Source of the DNA: Candidatus Moanibacter sp. | GTDB lineage: Bacteria; Verrucomicrobiota; Verrucomicrobiia; Opitutales; UBA2987 | Reading direction: 5' to 3' | NCBI GenBank assembly: GCA_965215885.1 | Contig: CBDCEW010000087.1 | Location: 36,309-100,308, forward strand | Length of the DNA stretch: 64,000 nucleotides | Shown here: piece after piece, positions 41,287-51,159 of the stretch | How the letters are laid out: every line of letters begins with the position of its first letter | Numbering within the stretch: position 1 is the first letter of the stretch | Position numbers and translations under genes: made by a program | The notes under the pieces: generated by a model | Databases searched by the model: none | The model's input: only the letters and a program-made list of their open reading frames with translations | Told to the model about the DNA's origin: nothing

Positions 41287-41569
41287 GTACGTGTTTAGCG
41301 CGATGCCTTATGCATTAGTTCGATGTTGGAAGCAGGGGGTCAAGCCTTAGAAGTGTCTGTTTTTCGGGGTCAGCCGCCTTAATCCTGCCGTACGGCAGGA
41401 CCCTGAGCCTGACGCAGTCCCTGAGCTTTGTCGAAGGGCGAAGGGCGGTTTGTAAGGCCTGACCCCCTCAGCGAAGCGGAAAAACAGCCACTTCTTAAGG
41501 TCATGACCCCGAACGGCGAATAAATCTGCAAGAACTTTAAGACCATAAGCCATCGCGCTAAACACGTAC
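41287..41569. mobile_element. MITE with perfect 19-bp terminal inverted repeats
   Basis: GTACGTGTTTAGCGCGATG / CATCGCGCTAAACACGTAC. A second copy lies at 54814-55035. Confidence 0.88.
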
Positions 41570-41677
41570 TCGCAGGCTCTACTTTAATGCCTTTTTCATG
41601 TCAAGGATACTTAAAGAATACATATCGCGTTGACGCTCACCGCAAAAGACCGTTTTCTGTCTCCCATCTGCATCGCG

Positions 41678-42028
41678 ATGTCCCACGAAGACAATCAGGC
41701 GCTGGTGGAGGACGCCACTCTCGACTATACCTTGGGCGACAACGAATCCGCCATAAAAAAGCTGAACATGGCTATCCAGACCGACCCCCATTGCTTTGAG
41801 GCCTGGCACGCACTTTCGGAGGTATATTTCTCCCTACGCAATCTCGACAGGGCACTGAAAGCGGCCGAAAAGGCGCACTCCCTTCGACCTGCCGACATTC
41901 ATATAAACACGAGCCTATCCAGGATTTGGATGGAACGGGGCGATAAGGCCACGGCCGAAAAATTCGGGGCACAGGCACGCTTGCTGGGCTGGAAAAAGGA
42001 TCTGAAGGAGCCCGAATCCGAGGAATAG
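41678..42028 (+). CDS. Small TPR protein
   Basis: DPHCFEAWHALSEVY...AEKAHSLRP TPR-type helices. Confidence 0.8.
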   Translation: MSHEDNQALVEDATLDYTLGDNESAIKKLNMAIQTDPHCFEAWHALSEVYFSLRNLDRALKAAEKAHSLRPADIHINTSLSRIWMERGDKATAEKFGAQARLLGWKKDLKEPESEE

Positions 42029-42283
42029 ACCTGGCCCGCTTGATTCGCACAATAAGCGGGTTAGGAAGATGTCGGTGGTGGAATCGGCCGCGAACAGAAA
42101 ATGCACCAGGATAGGTCCAGCGCACCGCAAAATCGCAAAGCGAAGTCCGACAGATTCCTGGCAGCGCTTGGTTGACAAGTCGCCTCGGATAGGTTTCATG
42201 TGTGATTTTTAACTATCTGATCAGAAGCGCTCGCGGGAAGATCCCGATTCCACTTTTTAGAGCACTTTCTCAATTTGCTTCTT

Positions 42284-43315
42284 ATGGATAAGTCTCAATC
42301 TACATTGAATTTTGAAAAGCCTATTCGTGACCTCGAGGCGCAACTCGAAGCACTTAACAGATCCTCAAAGGCTCAAAATCTCGACGTTGCTGGAGAAATT
42401 ATCGCTATCGAAAAAAAGATCGAAGCCACCAGACGCGAGATCTACTCAAATCTCACTGCCTGGCAAAGAGTCCAGATTTCAAGGCATCCCCAAAGGCCAT
42501 TCGGCAAAGACTACATAGAGAGCTTGTTCGATGATTTCCAGGAATTACACGGCGATAGGAATTACGGAGATGACCACGCCCTGATCGGAGGAACAGCTTT
42601 CTTCGAAGGAAAGACCGTCATGCTCCTGGCGCAGCAAAAGGGGCGTAATACGAAAGAGAATATCTTCCGAAATTTCGGAATGCCGCAGCCGGAAGGTTAT
42701 CGAAAGGCCCATCGCCTGATGAAAATGGCCGAAAAGTTCAAAATTCCGGTTATCAGTTTTATCGACACACCCGGCGCCTACCCGGGCTTGGGAGCAGAGG
42801 AACGCCACGTGGCAGAGGCGATCGCCGTTAACCAGCAGGTAATGAGCCGCCTCAACGTGCCTATTATTTCTATCATTATCGGCGAAGGAGGGTCCGGAGG
42901 CGCTCTCGGCATCAGCCTCGCGGATCGTATATTCGTCCTTGAAAATGCTTACTTCTCCGTCATATCCCCGGAAGGATGCGCGGCCATTCTGTGGAGAGAC
43001 CGCACCCATGCTCCCAAGGCCGCCGAAGCATTGCGACTGAACGCTGAGATTCTTATAAATTTCGGTATAGCGGACGCCATTGTTCCTGAACCGCTCGGCG
43101 GGGCCCATCGTGATCACAATGAAACGGCCAGAAATGTACGATCGGTAATTTCTAAGCACCTGAAGGAATTACGCTCATTATCGGCCAAAACTTTGAAAGA
43201 GCGTCGCTACCGAAAATATCGTGCCATCGCCGTCCTCGACGAGCCCGGCATCGAAGAAAAGACGAGCGAGTTTCCCACTACCCAATCGAAAGCGGTAAAA
43301 GACAAAACCGCCTAG
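42284..43315 (+). CDS. accA: Acetyl-CoA carboxylase carboxyltransferase alpha subunit
   Basis: FEKPI, ELHGDR, FGMPQPEGYRKA, IDTPGAYPG, GEGGSGGAL and SVISPEGCAAILW. Confidence 0.97.
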   Translation: MDKSQSTLNFEKPIRDLEAQLEALNRSSKAQNLDVAGEIIAIEKKIEATRREIYSNLTAWQRVQISRHPQRPFGKDYIESLFDDFQELHGDRNYGDDHALIGGTAFFEGKTVMLLAQQKGRNTKENIFRNFGMPQPEGYRKAHRLMKMAEKFKIPVISFIDTPGAYPGLGAEERHVAEAIAVNQQVMSRLNVPIISIIIGEGGSGGALGISLADRIFVLENAYFSVISPEGCAAILWRDRTHAPKAAEALRLNAEILINFGIADAIVPEPLGGAHRDHNETARNVRSVISKHLKELRSLSAKTLKERRYRKYRAIAVLDEPGIEEKTSEFPTTQSKAVKDKTA

Positions 43316-43446
43316 GAATCTGTCGGACCTTTCGGCAGCATACGTCCGCCCTGCTTCAATTCTCGATTGCGATTAGGATCACGACTGGAGATCCATCGGA
43401 ATTAAACTCTCCCCCGTCTCCGGGTCTTTTCGGTTCCCTCCCTCCC

Positions 43447-43985
43447 CCATCGTGAATCTCAATCGTGATCTCCTTTCGATCTTTTCTTTTCGACTTTCGA
43501 CTACGATTATGATTCACGACGGGAGATTGAGCAGGTTTCCTATCTTCCATCGTGAGTCTCAATCGTGATCTCCCGTCGATCTTCCTCTTTTCGACTTTCG
43601 ATTACGATTATGATTCGCGACGGGAGTTCGATCGGATTTCCTATCTTCCATCGTGAATCTCAATCGTGATCTCCCGTCGATCTTCCTCTTTTCGACTTTA
43701 GATTACGATATTGATTCACGACGGGAGTTCGATCGGATTTCCTATCTTCCATCGTGAGTCTCAATCGTGATCTCCTGTCGATCTTCCGCTCTTTCGACTT
43801 TAGATTACGATTATGATTCACGAGGAGAAAGACTAATCACGTTTCCAACCCTCCGCGTCTCCGCATCACCGCGTCTCTTCAATCCCCTCTCCCATCGTGG
43901 CTCCCAATCCATTCGACAGCCTCATGGCAGGCCGTGCTCTCCTGTCGATCTTCTCTTTTCGACTTTCGACTACGATTATGACGAT
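43447..43985. repeat. Tandem array of 100-101-bp hairpin repeats (4 units plus 1 interrupted unit)
   Basis: CCATCGTGA starts at 43447, 43547, 43648 and 43749. A fifth unit at about 43892 carries an insertion. Confidence 0.9.
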
Positions 43986-44082
43986 CAGGGAAATCGGACA
44001 ACGGATGGCACGACCGAAAACTACCGAGAAGAAGCGGAAACTAATCTTAGAAAGTCGACTTATACCGTAAACAGTCTGAATC
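43965..44082 (+). pseudogene. Short Rhs/YD-repeat-like fragment
   Basis: FDYDYDDQGNRTT...STYTVNSLN resembles Rhs core repeats (YxYDxxGNR; YTxNxLNQY). Cut by the IS4. Confidence 0.5.
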
Positions 44083-44132
44083 GAATGGCGCTAAGATAAG
44101 CCAAAAATAATTGTAAAACATATGTAAAAAGC

Positions 44133-44161
44133 TTGTACTATGACCGTTGGTAGGCTAATCT
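44133..44161 (+). promoter_or_regulatory. Putative sigma70-type promoter of the IS4 transposase
   Basis: TTGTAC-17 nt-TAATCT just upstream of ATG 44168. Confidence 0.4.
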
Positions 44162-44167
44162 TGTTGT

Positions 44168-45632
44168 ATGAAAAATATGACAAGATTCCTGCCTGGGTTT
44201 AATCACATTCTATGCGGTCGCCCGCCTAAGTCGGCCCTGGCACAATTAAAGCAAAAACTGGCTCATCTAAGAGAGTCAACTCTATCGGAGTTGTCGGATC
44301 TGTTTGATCGGTGGATTCCTCTGGGAGTTTTGCAACCCAAGAGCGAAAAAGAAAACAGCCGGGAACGAGTCTACTCACTCAGAACGACCTTCTGGGGCTT
44401 TCTGTTCCAGGTGCTCTCCCCGCAGACAGCCTGCCGGGAGGTCGTCAGAAAGGTGCAGAGCTACTGTAGTGAGCGGGAGTTGAACCTGCCCAGTTCCTCC
44501 ACCTCGGCCTATTGCCAGGCACGTCAGCGCATAGGTATAGAGGACTTACAAAAGATCGGTGAAGAGGTCAGCGAGCAGATACACAAGGAGGTAAGGCAAG
44601 CGCAGCGGTGGAAGGGGCACGAGGTCAGAGTGATAGACGGTACTGGGATCAGTATGCCCGATACCGAGCAGAACCAGAGGGCCTTTCCCCAACCCGGGGG
44701 GGCAGAAAGAGGGGTGCGGATTTCCCGTCATGCTTCTGGTGGGCTGTTTCTGTTTGGCCAGCGGGGCCTTGCTGCACTGTGTCGAGACCACCTTAAAAAA
44801 CCATGAAAGCGGCATTTTGCGCAAATTCGTTGGGTATTTGAAAAAAGCAGAGGTGGTTCTGTGCGACCGCGGTTATTGCTCTTATGCCAATCTGGGGCTG
44901 CTTCTAAACCATCAAATGGACGCGGTCATGCGCCTGCACCAAAGGCGCAAATGCGACTTCCGTAGCGGCCAAACACTGGGCCGATACGATCGGCTGGTGA
45001 CCTGGAAAAAACCGCAGAGACAGCACGGGTTCAGCCCGGAAGAATGGGCTCAATTACCGGCCGAACTGACTCTGCGAATGGTGCGTTTCTTCGTTCAGAT
45101 CAAAGGATTCCGGACCCGAAAGATCGATCTTGTGACCACCTTTACCGACCCCCTCCAATACACCGTAGAGGATCTGGCCGATCTCTACTTCCGCCGCTGG
45201 TCAGTGGAACTGTTTTTTCGCGACATTAAAACGACTATGAAGATGGAAACGGTACGCTGCCTTACTCCCGAAATGGTGCGTAAGGAAATCCAGCTGTTCT
45301 TTATCGCCTATAATCTCATCCGCGCCCTCATGCAACACGCCGCCACCCTCTATCAGCGTGACCTGCATCGGCTCAGCTTCAAGAGCACGGTCGACACCGT
45401 TCGGCAGTACTGCACCGCTCTGAACGCCACCCGCAAGCAACCTCGAAAGCAACAACGCATCATTGACGAGATGGTTCTGATTATTGCCGAGGAGACTGTT
45501 CCACTACGAGAACACCGCAGCGAACCACGAGCGGTCAAACGAAGACCGAAACCTTACCAATTACTAACGAAGCCGCGAGGGAAAATGAAAGTCTCGCGCT
45601 CGCGCAGAAACAAAGGCAAAAATCGTCGTTAA
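44168..45632 (+). pseudogene. IS4 transposase with +1 frameshift
   Basis: SAYCQARQR, VIDGT, CDRGYCSY and YFRRWSVELFFRDIK. Two ORFs join (FPQPGGQKEGCGFP) if the G7 run at 44696-44702 is read as G6. Confidence 0.9.
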
Positions 45633-45658
45633 TCGGGCTTATCTTAGCGCCATTCGAG

Positions 45659-46642
45659 TCAGACTGCGAAGTCTTTGATTTTCTTTAACGCTTTGTAGGA
45701 TTTACTTGTCTCTTTTTGCTCACGCCGGAAGATACTGACATTGTGACTGACGGAGTTAAATTCGCCCATATTGATCCTGCCGGCGATCCATCCGTTGCGG
45801 GCCGATGTACGCTCTTTCAGCACCAGGGCGATGGCCAATTTCCATTCCGCTGACTTTCTATCTCTCTCAATGTCGGACTTTTTCTTCTTCAGAGTTCTCA
45901 GACATTGTTCCAGAGTGGTCTCCCAACCGAGCTCATTAAGCTCCTGCATTTCCCGGGCCTCCATGTGCATCAAGGGATGCGACTCCTTGAAGTCTTTTAT
46001 GAGGGCTTTCTTGTACCCTCTACCTCCTATGTACCATCCCAGGCTCATTCTCCTGCGCTGCTTCTGAAGCTTCTCAGTATCAGTCGTATGAGTTTGGCGG
46101 AGCAATTCCAGATACTCTCGCCATCCCGCTGCTTTATCCTCGATCCCTCCCAGATCATACAGCCAGTCGTTGCAGTGAAGCACTTTCTCGCGCCTTCGCC
46201 GTATAAACTTCGGCAGGCTGCTGAACGAGTAATCGGCCACATGGCCGATGCTCACGATACCTGCCCGGACCGGGTTCAGGTGGATGTAATTGACCACCTC
46301 ACACAGGGCCCTCCCAGGCTCCACCACCAGCGACTTGTAGCGACCTTGAAAGAGGTACCCGTTCTCTCCTCGCAACCGGTTGAAACGGTTGGCGAAGGTG
46401 GACTGAAGCCACTGCATCCCGGAGATCAAATTTCCCTTTGGTGTTGCAATTGCCAGGTGGTAGTGATTGCGCATAATTACATAGGCATACAGCCACTACC
46501 CGGACTTCTCGCAAGCTTCAAATATCGTACTTTCGAAAGCTCTCTTTGTCTTCGTCGAAGAGAATAGATCTCGCCCATAATTCCCCCGGTTGATGATGTG
46601 GTAGAGGCCGTCGTTACTTTCTATCCTTGGTTTTCGTGCCAT
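45659..46642 (-). pseudogene. REP-associated tyrosine transposase (Y1_Tnp) with in-frame TAG
   Basis: MARKPRIE...YHIINRGN...SG*WLYAYVIMRNHYHL...LFQGRYKS...YIHLNPVRAG. TAG at 46496-46498 (codon 49). Confidence 0.88.
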
Positions 46643-46650
46643 TAATTAGA

Positions 46651-46679
46651 ATTACAGGCAGCTCAAAAACCCCTGTCAA
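46651..46679 (-). promoter_or_regulatory. Near-consensus sigma70 promoter for the RAYT gene
   Basis: TTGACA (46679-46674)-17 nt-TGTAAT (46656-46651), 8 nt before the ATG. Confidence 0.6.
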
Positions 46680-47257
46680 TCAAACATCTCGCAGTCTGAC
46701 CCCCTGCGATCCAAGAAGAAGAAGAAGAGAACCGCCGATGCACGCAGATGGACGCAAATGCAGAAGGAAACTCCTACTTCCCTTGGGTAACCTCGTCGCG
46801 AACCTCGTCCCGAACCTTGCCTGCCCCGGCAAAGCGAAGCGGCGACGGGTCGACTGCAGTATATTGGATACCAACCTCTTCTACGCCAAACCTTGCTAGA
46901 AAAACAAGCTTCTGACGGATAGTAATACAAAGAATCCGTTTCCTTTTTGCGCTCTTCTTGTCTAGGGGAAGACCCGCTCAGCGGAACGAAGACGGATGCG
47001 TTTTCTCGGGGCCAATCAGAAGATCCTGTATTATTCCACTCTCCCTCATTTCGTACAGCGAAATGTTTAGAAATTCGCGTTCAAGCGCGAATTTCTTGGT
47101 GAAGCAGGATCAACAATCTCAGGCTGTGAATCCGAGAAGCTCGCAATGGCGATTATTATTGTGAACGATTGGCATGAACTTGGCTATGGCTGTCCTCATT
47201 CGCAGAATGACCCTTTTCGCGTTGCCTATTCAAATTCGCAATGCCTCTGCGCGTGTC

Positions 47258-47761
47258 TCAGAGATCTAGTTCGATACTATTTGACGAAACGCCATCCCCT
47301 GAGTCGAAAAAAACAGATTTTGGATAGAGATTTAATCGAAACGAAACTCGTCCTTCCTTATTCGCAAGAACCCTTCCAATCGCTCCTAGATTCAAAAACT
47401 TACCTATCGTGTTTTCTTCTGTTCTAGCATCTAGATAGAGTATATATGGATCACTAGGAGAAATTGCGACGACGACTTCATCACTTTTGCGATTATTCAA
47501 TCTTAGTGCCGGGCGATCGACTATTTCAGATTCAATACTTGTCACGGTAAGATAATCCTGAATTGCATCAAATATCACTATTTCGACTTCGCGATCCGAA
47601 CTAATCGCAACTTCCAATATCAGATCTCCATTCTCATTGGGCACGTTCGGCCTATGTGAACTAAGGCTGATATCAACTTTTGATTGCGAGGCACGACATG
47701 CCCCTAACAACACGCAAAATCCAACGAATAAGAGAAATAACTCGGTTCTTCTAGGGTTCAT
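47258..47761 (-). CDS. Hypothetical lipoprotein
   Basis: AAGGAG ribosome-binding site and a signal peptide with lipobox LGAC. Visibly more AT-rich than its neighbours. Confidence 0.7.
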   Translation of the reverse strand: MNPRRTELFLLFVGFCVLLGACRASQSKVDISLSSHRPNVPNENGDLILEVAISSDREVEIVIFDAIQDYLTVTSIESEIVDRPALRLNNRKSDEVVVAISPSDPYILYLDARTEENTIGKFLNLGAIGRVLANKEGRVSFRLNLYPKSVFFDSGDGVSSNSIELDL

Positions 47762-47805
47762 TACTAACTCCTTTGATGATTAGTTCCTTCGCTCTCTCCC
47801 TATCT

Positions 47806-49724
47806 AGACCCCATTCGAAAAGCCTTTCGAGCGGGCGGTTTAAGGTTCTCCGCCACGGGCGGACCAGCCTATGGCTGGCAGGTTTCGGATTTTAGGCTGC
47901 CGGCGCTGCCGATGAGCAGGTATTGAGCGGCCATCGGCGTGGCTTGCTGCACAATACGTATATTTGCCGCTGTCTGGAGGCATACTCATCCCGTGGTGCT
48001 TTTTTCTCTGAGCTTCAAAGCGGTCAGATTCAGGCTGCCTGTTCCAGTTCCTCCCCTCGGCGTTTCTTCATCAGTATGATGCGGCAGAAGTTGTAGGCCA
48101 GAACCTTCTCGAGCAGTTCATCGCCTACCGCATCGATGCCGCGGCGGCCGAGTTCGCCAAAGGCAAATCCATCTTTAATCGTGAACATCAGCGACTCCAC
48201 TGCGGAGCGATCGCGGCGTGCCTCGCGATACGCCTCGCTCTCCCAGTCCTCGGGGGTGGTCAACTTCTTGCCCTTCGCCCCACTGATACTGATCTGCTTT
48301 ACCCCCATGCTCAGCACCTCCTTGCGTCCCTTCGCCGAAGCATATCCGTCATCGGTGCTGACCAGTTCAGCAATGACACCGGTGCGCTTGATCGAATCGC
48401 CGATGGCCGGCGCCAGCTCAATGGAGTCTGCCGCATTGCCTTGCGGTACGATCAGGCTGGTGACAAAACCGTTTTCGCTGCGAACCAGTTGTGGCTTGTA
48501 CCCGATCACTGGATTGCGGCTGCCCTTCTTGATGTAGGCCGCCGATCCGTCCGAGAGGCTCAGGACCTTCTGTGTGGACGGTAGCTTCTTTTCGTGAAAC
48601 ACCCGATCATGAGCATACTCAACAACCCGCTTGGCGTCGGCAATATCGCCCCTGATCTGGCTCAATGCCCGCTCCAGAAGCTCCCGGCGAGTGGGAGGCA
48701 GTGAATCCATCGACAGGCCCTCTTCAAGATGGCTCAGTTCCCCCGTTAGTGAGTCGGCCGCCTTGCGGCCCCGCTTGAGCAACCGCCGGTAGTGTTTCTT
48801 CAGCTTGCCCTTCGACTTCGGTTTGCCCGCGGCCAGACAAATCTGAAACTCCAGCTTGTCCATTTCCTCCAGCCAACGCCCAACCCATCCCTTGCGAAAA
48901 TCCTCCAGCCCGAAGACATGCAACTTCTGACCCAAACGATTGGCCCGCATCAAAAGACCGCTCAGAATCTTCCCATCGGTGGGCCAGCAGCTGTTTGCTT
49001 TCACCGAGGTGCTGTCGATCGTCAGCTTCCCGAAATCGTCCCATTGCTCCTGGAGGATAAACCCAATCTGTTTATCAAAGATCAACTCGCGGGTCGTATG
49101 GCTGACCAGGTTCACGTTCTCCAGAATCGTCGTCACCGCCGGCATTCTCAGTCCCCCGCTCTGCAAAAATCCGTACAAGCTCATCGACTCGCGCACAAAC
49201 CGCCGTGCCGGTTTCGTGGTCAACGAACCCAGAAACCCTCGAATCATCACGAACACGTATACCGCATAAGCCGGCATCCGCGGCCGGCCTGCCCCAAGAT
49301 TCAATTCAGCAGCCAGAATATTCTCCTCCTCGATGTCCAGCTCCGGCAGCTCCGCTGTGCGCCCTTCAAAGAACCTGCGATCTTCCAATCGAAGTTTCTT
49401 CTTCTCACGCGCATGGGCGTCCAGATCCTTCTCGATCGCCTCGATGATTTGCGCCGCGAACCCGGCCAATTCTTCAACTTCATCCAGAAAATCACGGAAA
49501 TCCGTGTCTGGAACCGGCAGAATGAGGTTGCTAAGGGGCGTCTTATCGCTTTTGTTCTCCTCTGTCGCACATGTTGGCATGTTTAACTCCTTTCTTAATC
49601 TTAGGTTGTTAAACACTAGCATGTTGCGACACTTTTTATCAAGCCACAAAATGATTTTTCTCAAGTTTTTCTTGCGCCTTTTGCGCCTCTTTGCGGCCAA
49701 TCAGTAGCTTTTCGGATAAGGTCT
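47806..49724 (-). mobile_element. ISNCY/IS5-like insertion sequence, complete copy
   Basis: Imperfect terminal repeats AGACCCCATTCGAAAAGC / GCTTTTCGGATAAGGTCT with ATCT on both flanks. A second copy starts at 63489. Confidence 0.85.
48030..49580 (-). CDS. DDE transposase (ISNCY/IS5-like)
   Basis: GAGRPRM, TIDSTSVKANSCWPTD, STDDGYAS and RSAVESLMFTIK. GAAAGGAG ribosome-binding site before ATG 49580. Confidence 0.88.
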   Translation of the reverse strand: MPTCATEENKSDKTPLSNLILPVPDTDFRDFLDEVEELAGFAAQIIEAIEKDLDAHAREKKKLRLEDRRFFEGRTAELPELDIEEENILAAELNLGAGRPRMPAYAVYVFVMIRGFLGSLTTKPARRFVRESMSLYGFLQSGGLRMPAVTTILENVNLVSHTTRELIFDKQIGFILQEQWDDFGKLTIDSTSVKANSCWPTDGKILSGLLMRANRLGQKLHVFGLEDFRKGWVGRWLEEMDKLEFQICLAAGKPKSKGKLKKHYRRLLKRGRKAADSLTGELSHLEEGLSMDSLPPTRRELLERALSQIRGDIADAKRVVEYAHDRVFHEKKLPSTQKVLSLSDGSAAYIKKGSRNPVIGYKPQLVRSENGFVTSLIVPQGNAADSIELAPAIGDSIKRTGVIAELVSTDDGYASAKGRKEVLSMGVKQISISGAKGKKLTTPEDWESEAYREARRDRSAVESLMFTIKDGFAFGELGRRGIDAVGDELLEKVLAYNFCRIILMKKRRGEELEQAA

Positions 49725-50065
49725 ATCTACTAAAGGAGAGCTTTCAGCTCTTGTGGCATTATAAAAGTCCCTACTGGGCCCAATGGTATCTGAAAAAATG
49801 GTGCACGCGCGCCATGCGTTCGCGCCTCAAACCGATCAAAAGGTTCGTGCGCTCGGTGCGCAAACACGAGCCGCTCATCCTCAACTGGTTTCGGGCCAAA
49901 AAGGCCTTTTCCTGCGGCATTGTGGAGGGCTTTAACCGCAATATAAATCTCACTATCAGAAAAGCATACGGCTTTAAGAGCTTCGAAGTGCTTAAGATCG
50001 CCCTATTTCATACCATGGGCGACTTGCCTGAACCCGAAATAACCCACAGATTCTGCTGACGAGGC
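49725..50065 (+). pseudogene. ISL3-family transposase 3' fragment with IS right end
   Basis: YLLKESFQ...WCTRAMRSRL...LILNWF...GIVEGFN...RKAYGF...THRFC, ending ACCCACAGATTCTGCTGACGAGGC. Confidence 0.88.
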
Positions 50066-50257
50066 ATAAACAGATTCAAAAGAAGCGACTGACTACCGAT
50101 GATTCGATGGATGAAGGACGATTGAATAGTTTAGGCGGCGGGATGACGGAAGCGAGGGCCGGAGAAATGCTTTTCGAGATTGTCGCTGCCTGCCGGCTCG
50201 CAAGAATCGATCCGGAGTCGGCTTTGCGTCGCTACGTTAAGAAAGTAGTCAATCGTA

Positions 50258-51001
50258 ATGCCCATGCCAACAGACACTAGGATGTGCACCGTGAATACGG
50301 CGGATGAGGTCATCATGGTGCCTTATCTGCTCAAACATTCACGTCGGGCGCGCTATATTCGACTTAGTCTGGATGGGGCAAATTTGGCAGTCTTAACAAT
50401 TCCGCCTCGTGTAACGGAAGCAGAGGCGGTGCAATTTTTGAGGGCGCAGGGCGATTGGCTGAAGAGTAATTTCGGTAAAGTCAAAAAGCAGCCGACACTC
50501 TTGGAATATCTTACGAAAAAGTCCTTCCTGTCGGCCCATGGGAGGAAACTCGAACTCTCCCTCCAATTCTCTCGAGATCGCGCGAGGTTAATCCTTGATC
50601 GCGATTGCGCCTCGGCACGGTTAACCCTGAATTCGGAGCGGGCAGTTGAGCCTCAGTTAGTCGAGATGCTGAGATATTTCGCGCGTGATGTGGTGAAGCC
50701 GCGAGCTCTCGATCTTGCCGCAAGGGTCAAGCGCCGGATCTACCGGGTCACAATACGTGACCAATTGCGCTGCTGGGGTTCATGCTCCGATAGAGAGACG
50801 ATCTCTCTCAATTGGCGATTGATTCTGATACCTCCCGAATTGCATGACTACATTATCCTCCATGAGTTGGCGCATCTGACCCATTTGGATCATTCGGAGG
50901 AGTACTGGCGCCTCTTACTGAACTACGACTCGAAAGCAGTTCGGAACGATATGCGGATCGGCCGATTATCGGAGCAGATTATGTCGCTCGGTCGCCTCTA
51001 G
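50258..51001 (+). CDS. M48-family/YgjP-like metal-dependent hydrolase
   Basis: IRDQLRCWGSCS, LNWRLI and DYIILHELAHLTHLDHS. Confidence 0.9.
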   Translation: MPMPTDTRMCTVNTADEVIMVPYLLKHSRRARYIRLSLDGANLAVLTIPPRVTEAEAVQFLRAQGDWLKSNFGKVKKQPTLLEYLTKKSFLSAHGRKLELSLQFSRDRARLILDRDCASARLTLNSERAVEPQLVEMLRYFARDVVKPRALDLAARVKRRIYRVTIRDQLRCWGSCSDRETISLNWRLILIPPELHDYIILHELAHLTHLDHSEEYWRLLLNYDSKAVRNDMRIGRLSEQIMSLGRL

Positions 51002-51159
51002 CCCGGAAATCTCACAAGAATCCCGGCTTAATTTGAGCGCCAAAGCGGTCTACCGTTCACGCTCGAAGGGAGACATCCTCCCAGATATCAGGGGTAGGGT
51101 TCCTCGTGGTTGCGAATAATGTTGTCTACGTGAGGAATCTTCTTACTTTTGTCTGCTGT

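Larger units (their letters stand above)
44081..45657 (+). mobile_element. IS4-family insertion sequence
   Basis: Perfect 22-bp inverted repeat TCGAATGGCGCTAAGATAAGCC / GGCTTATCTTAGCGCCATTCGA around a transposase. The exact tip is uncertain by 2-3 bp. Confidence 0.92.
45656..46703 (-). mobile_element. RAYT (HUH/Y1 transposase) element bounded by 25-bp inverted repeats
   Basis: GAGTCAGACTGCGAAGTCTTTGATT (45656-45680) versus the reverse complement of 46678-46702, 21/25 identical. Confidence 0.75.

Noticed and set aside
42172..42200. Sigma70 promoter for accA at TTGACA 42172
   Set aside because: No convincing -10 element at 16-18 nt spacing.
43447..43985. CRISPR array
   Set aside because: Whole 101-bp units are repeated with no unique spacers, and no cas genes were recognised.
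44696..44702. Programmed frameshift in the IS4 transposase
   Set aside because: This family normally uses one ORF. An extra G in a G run is more simply an error or mutation.
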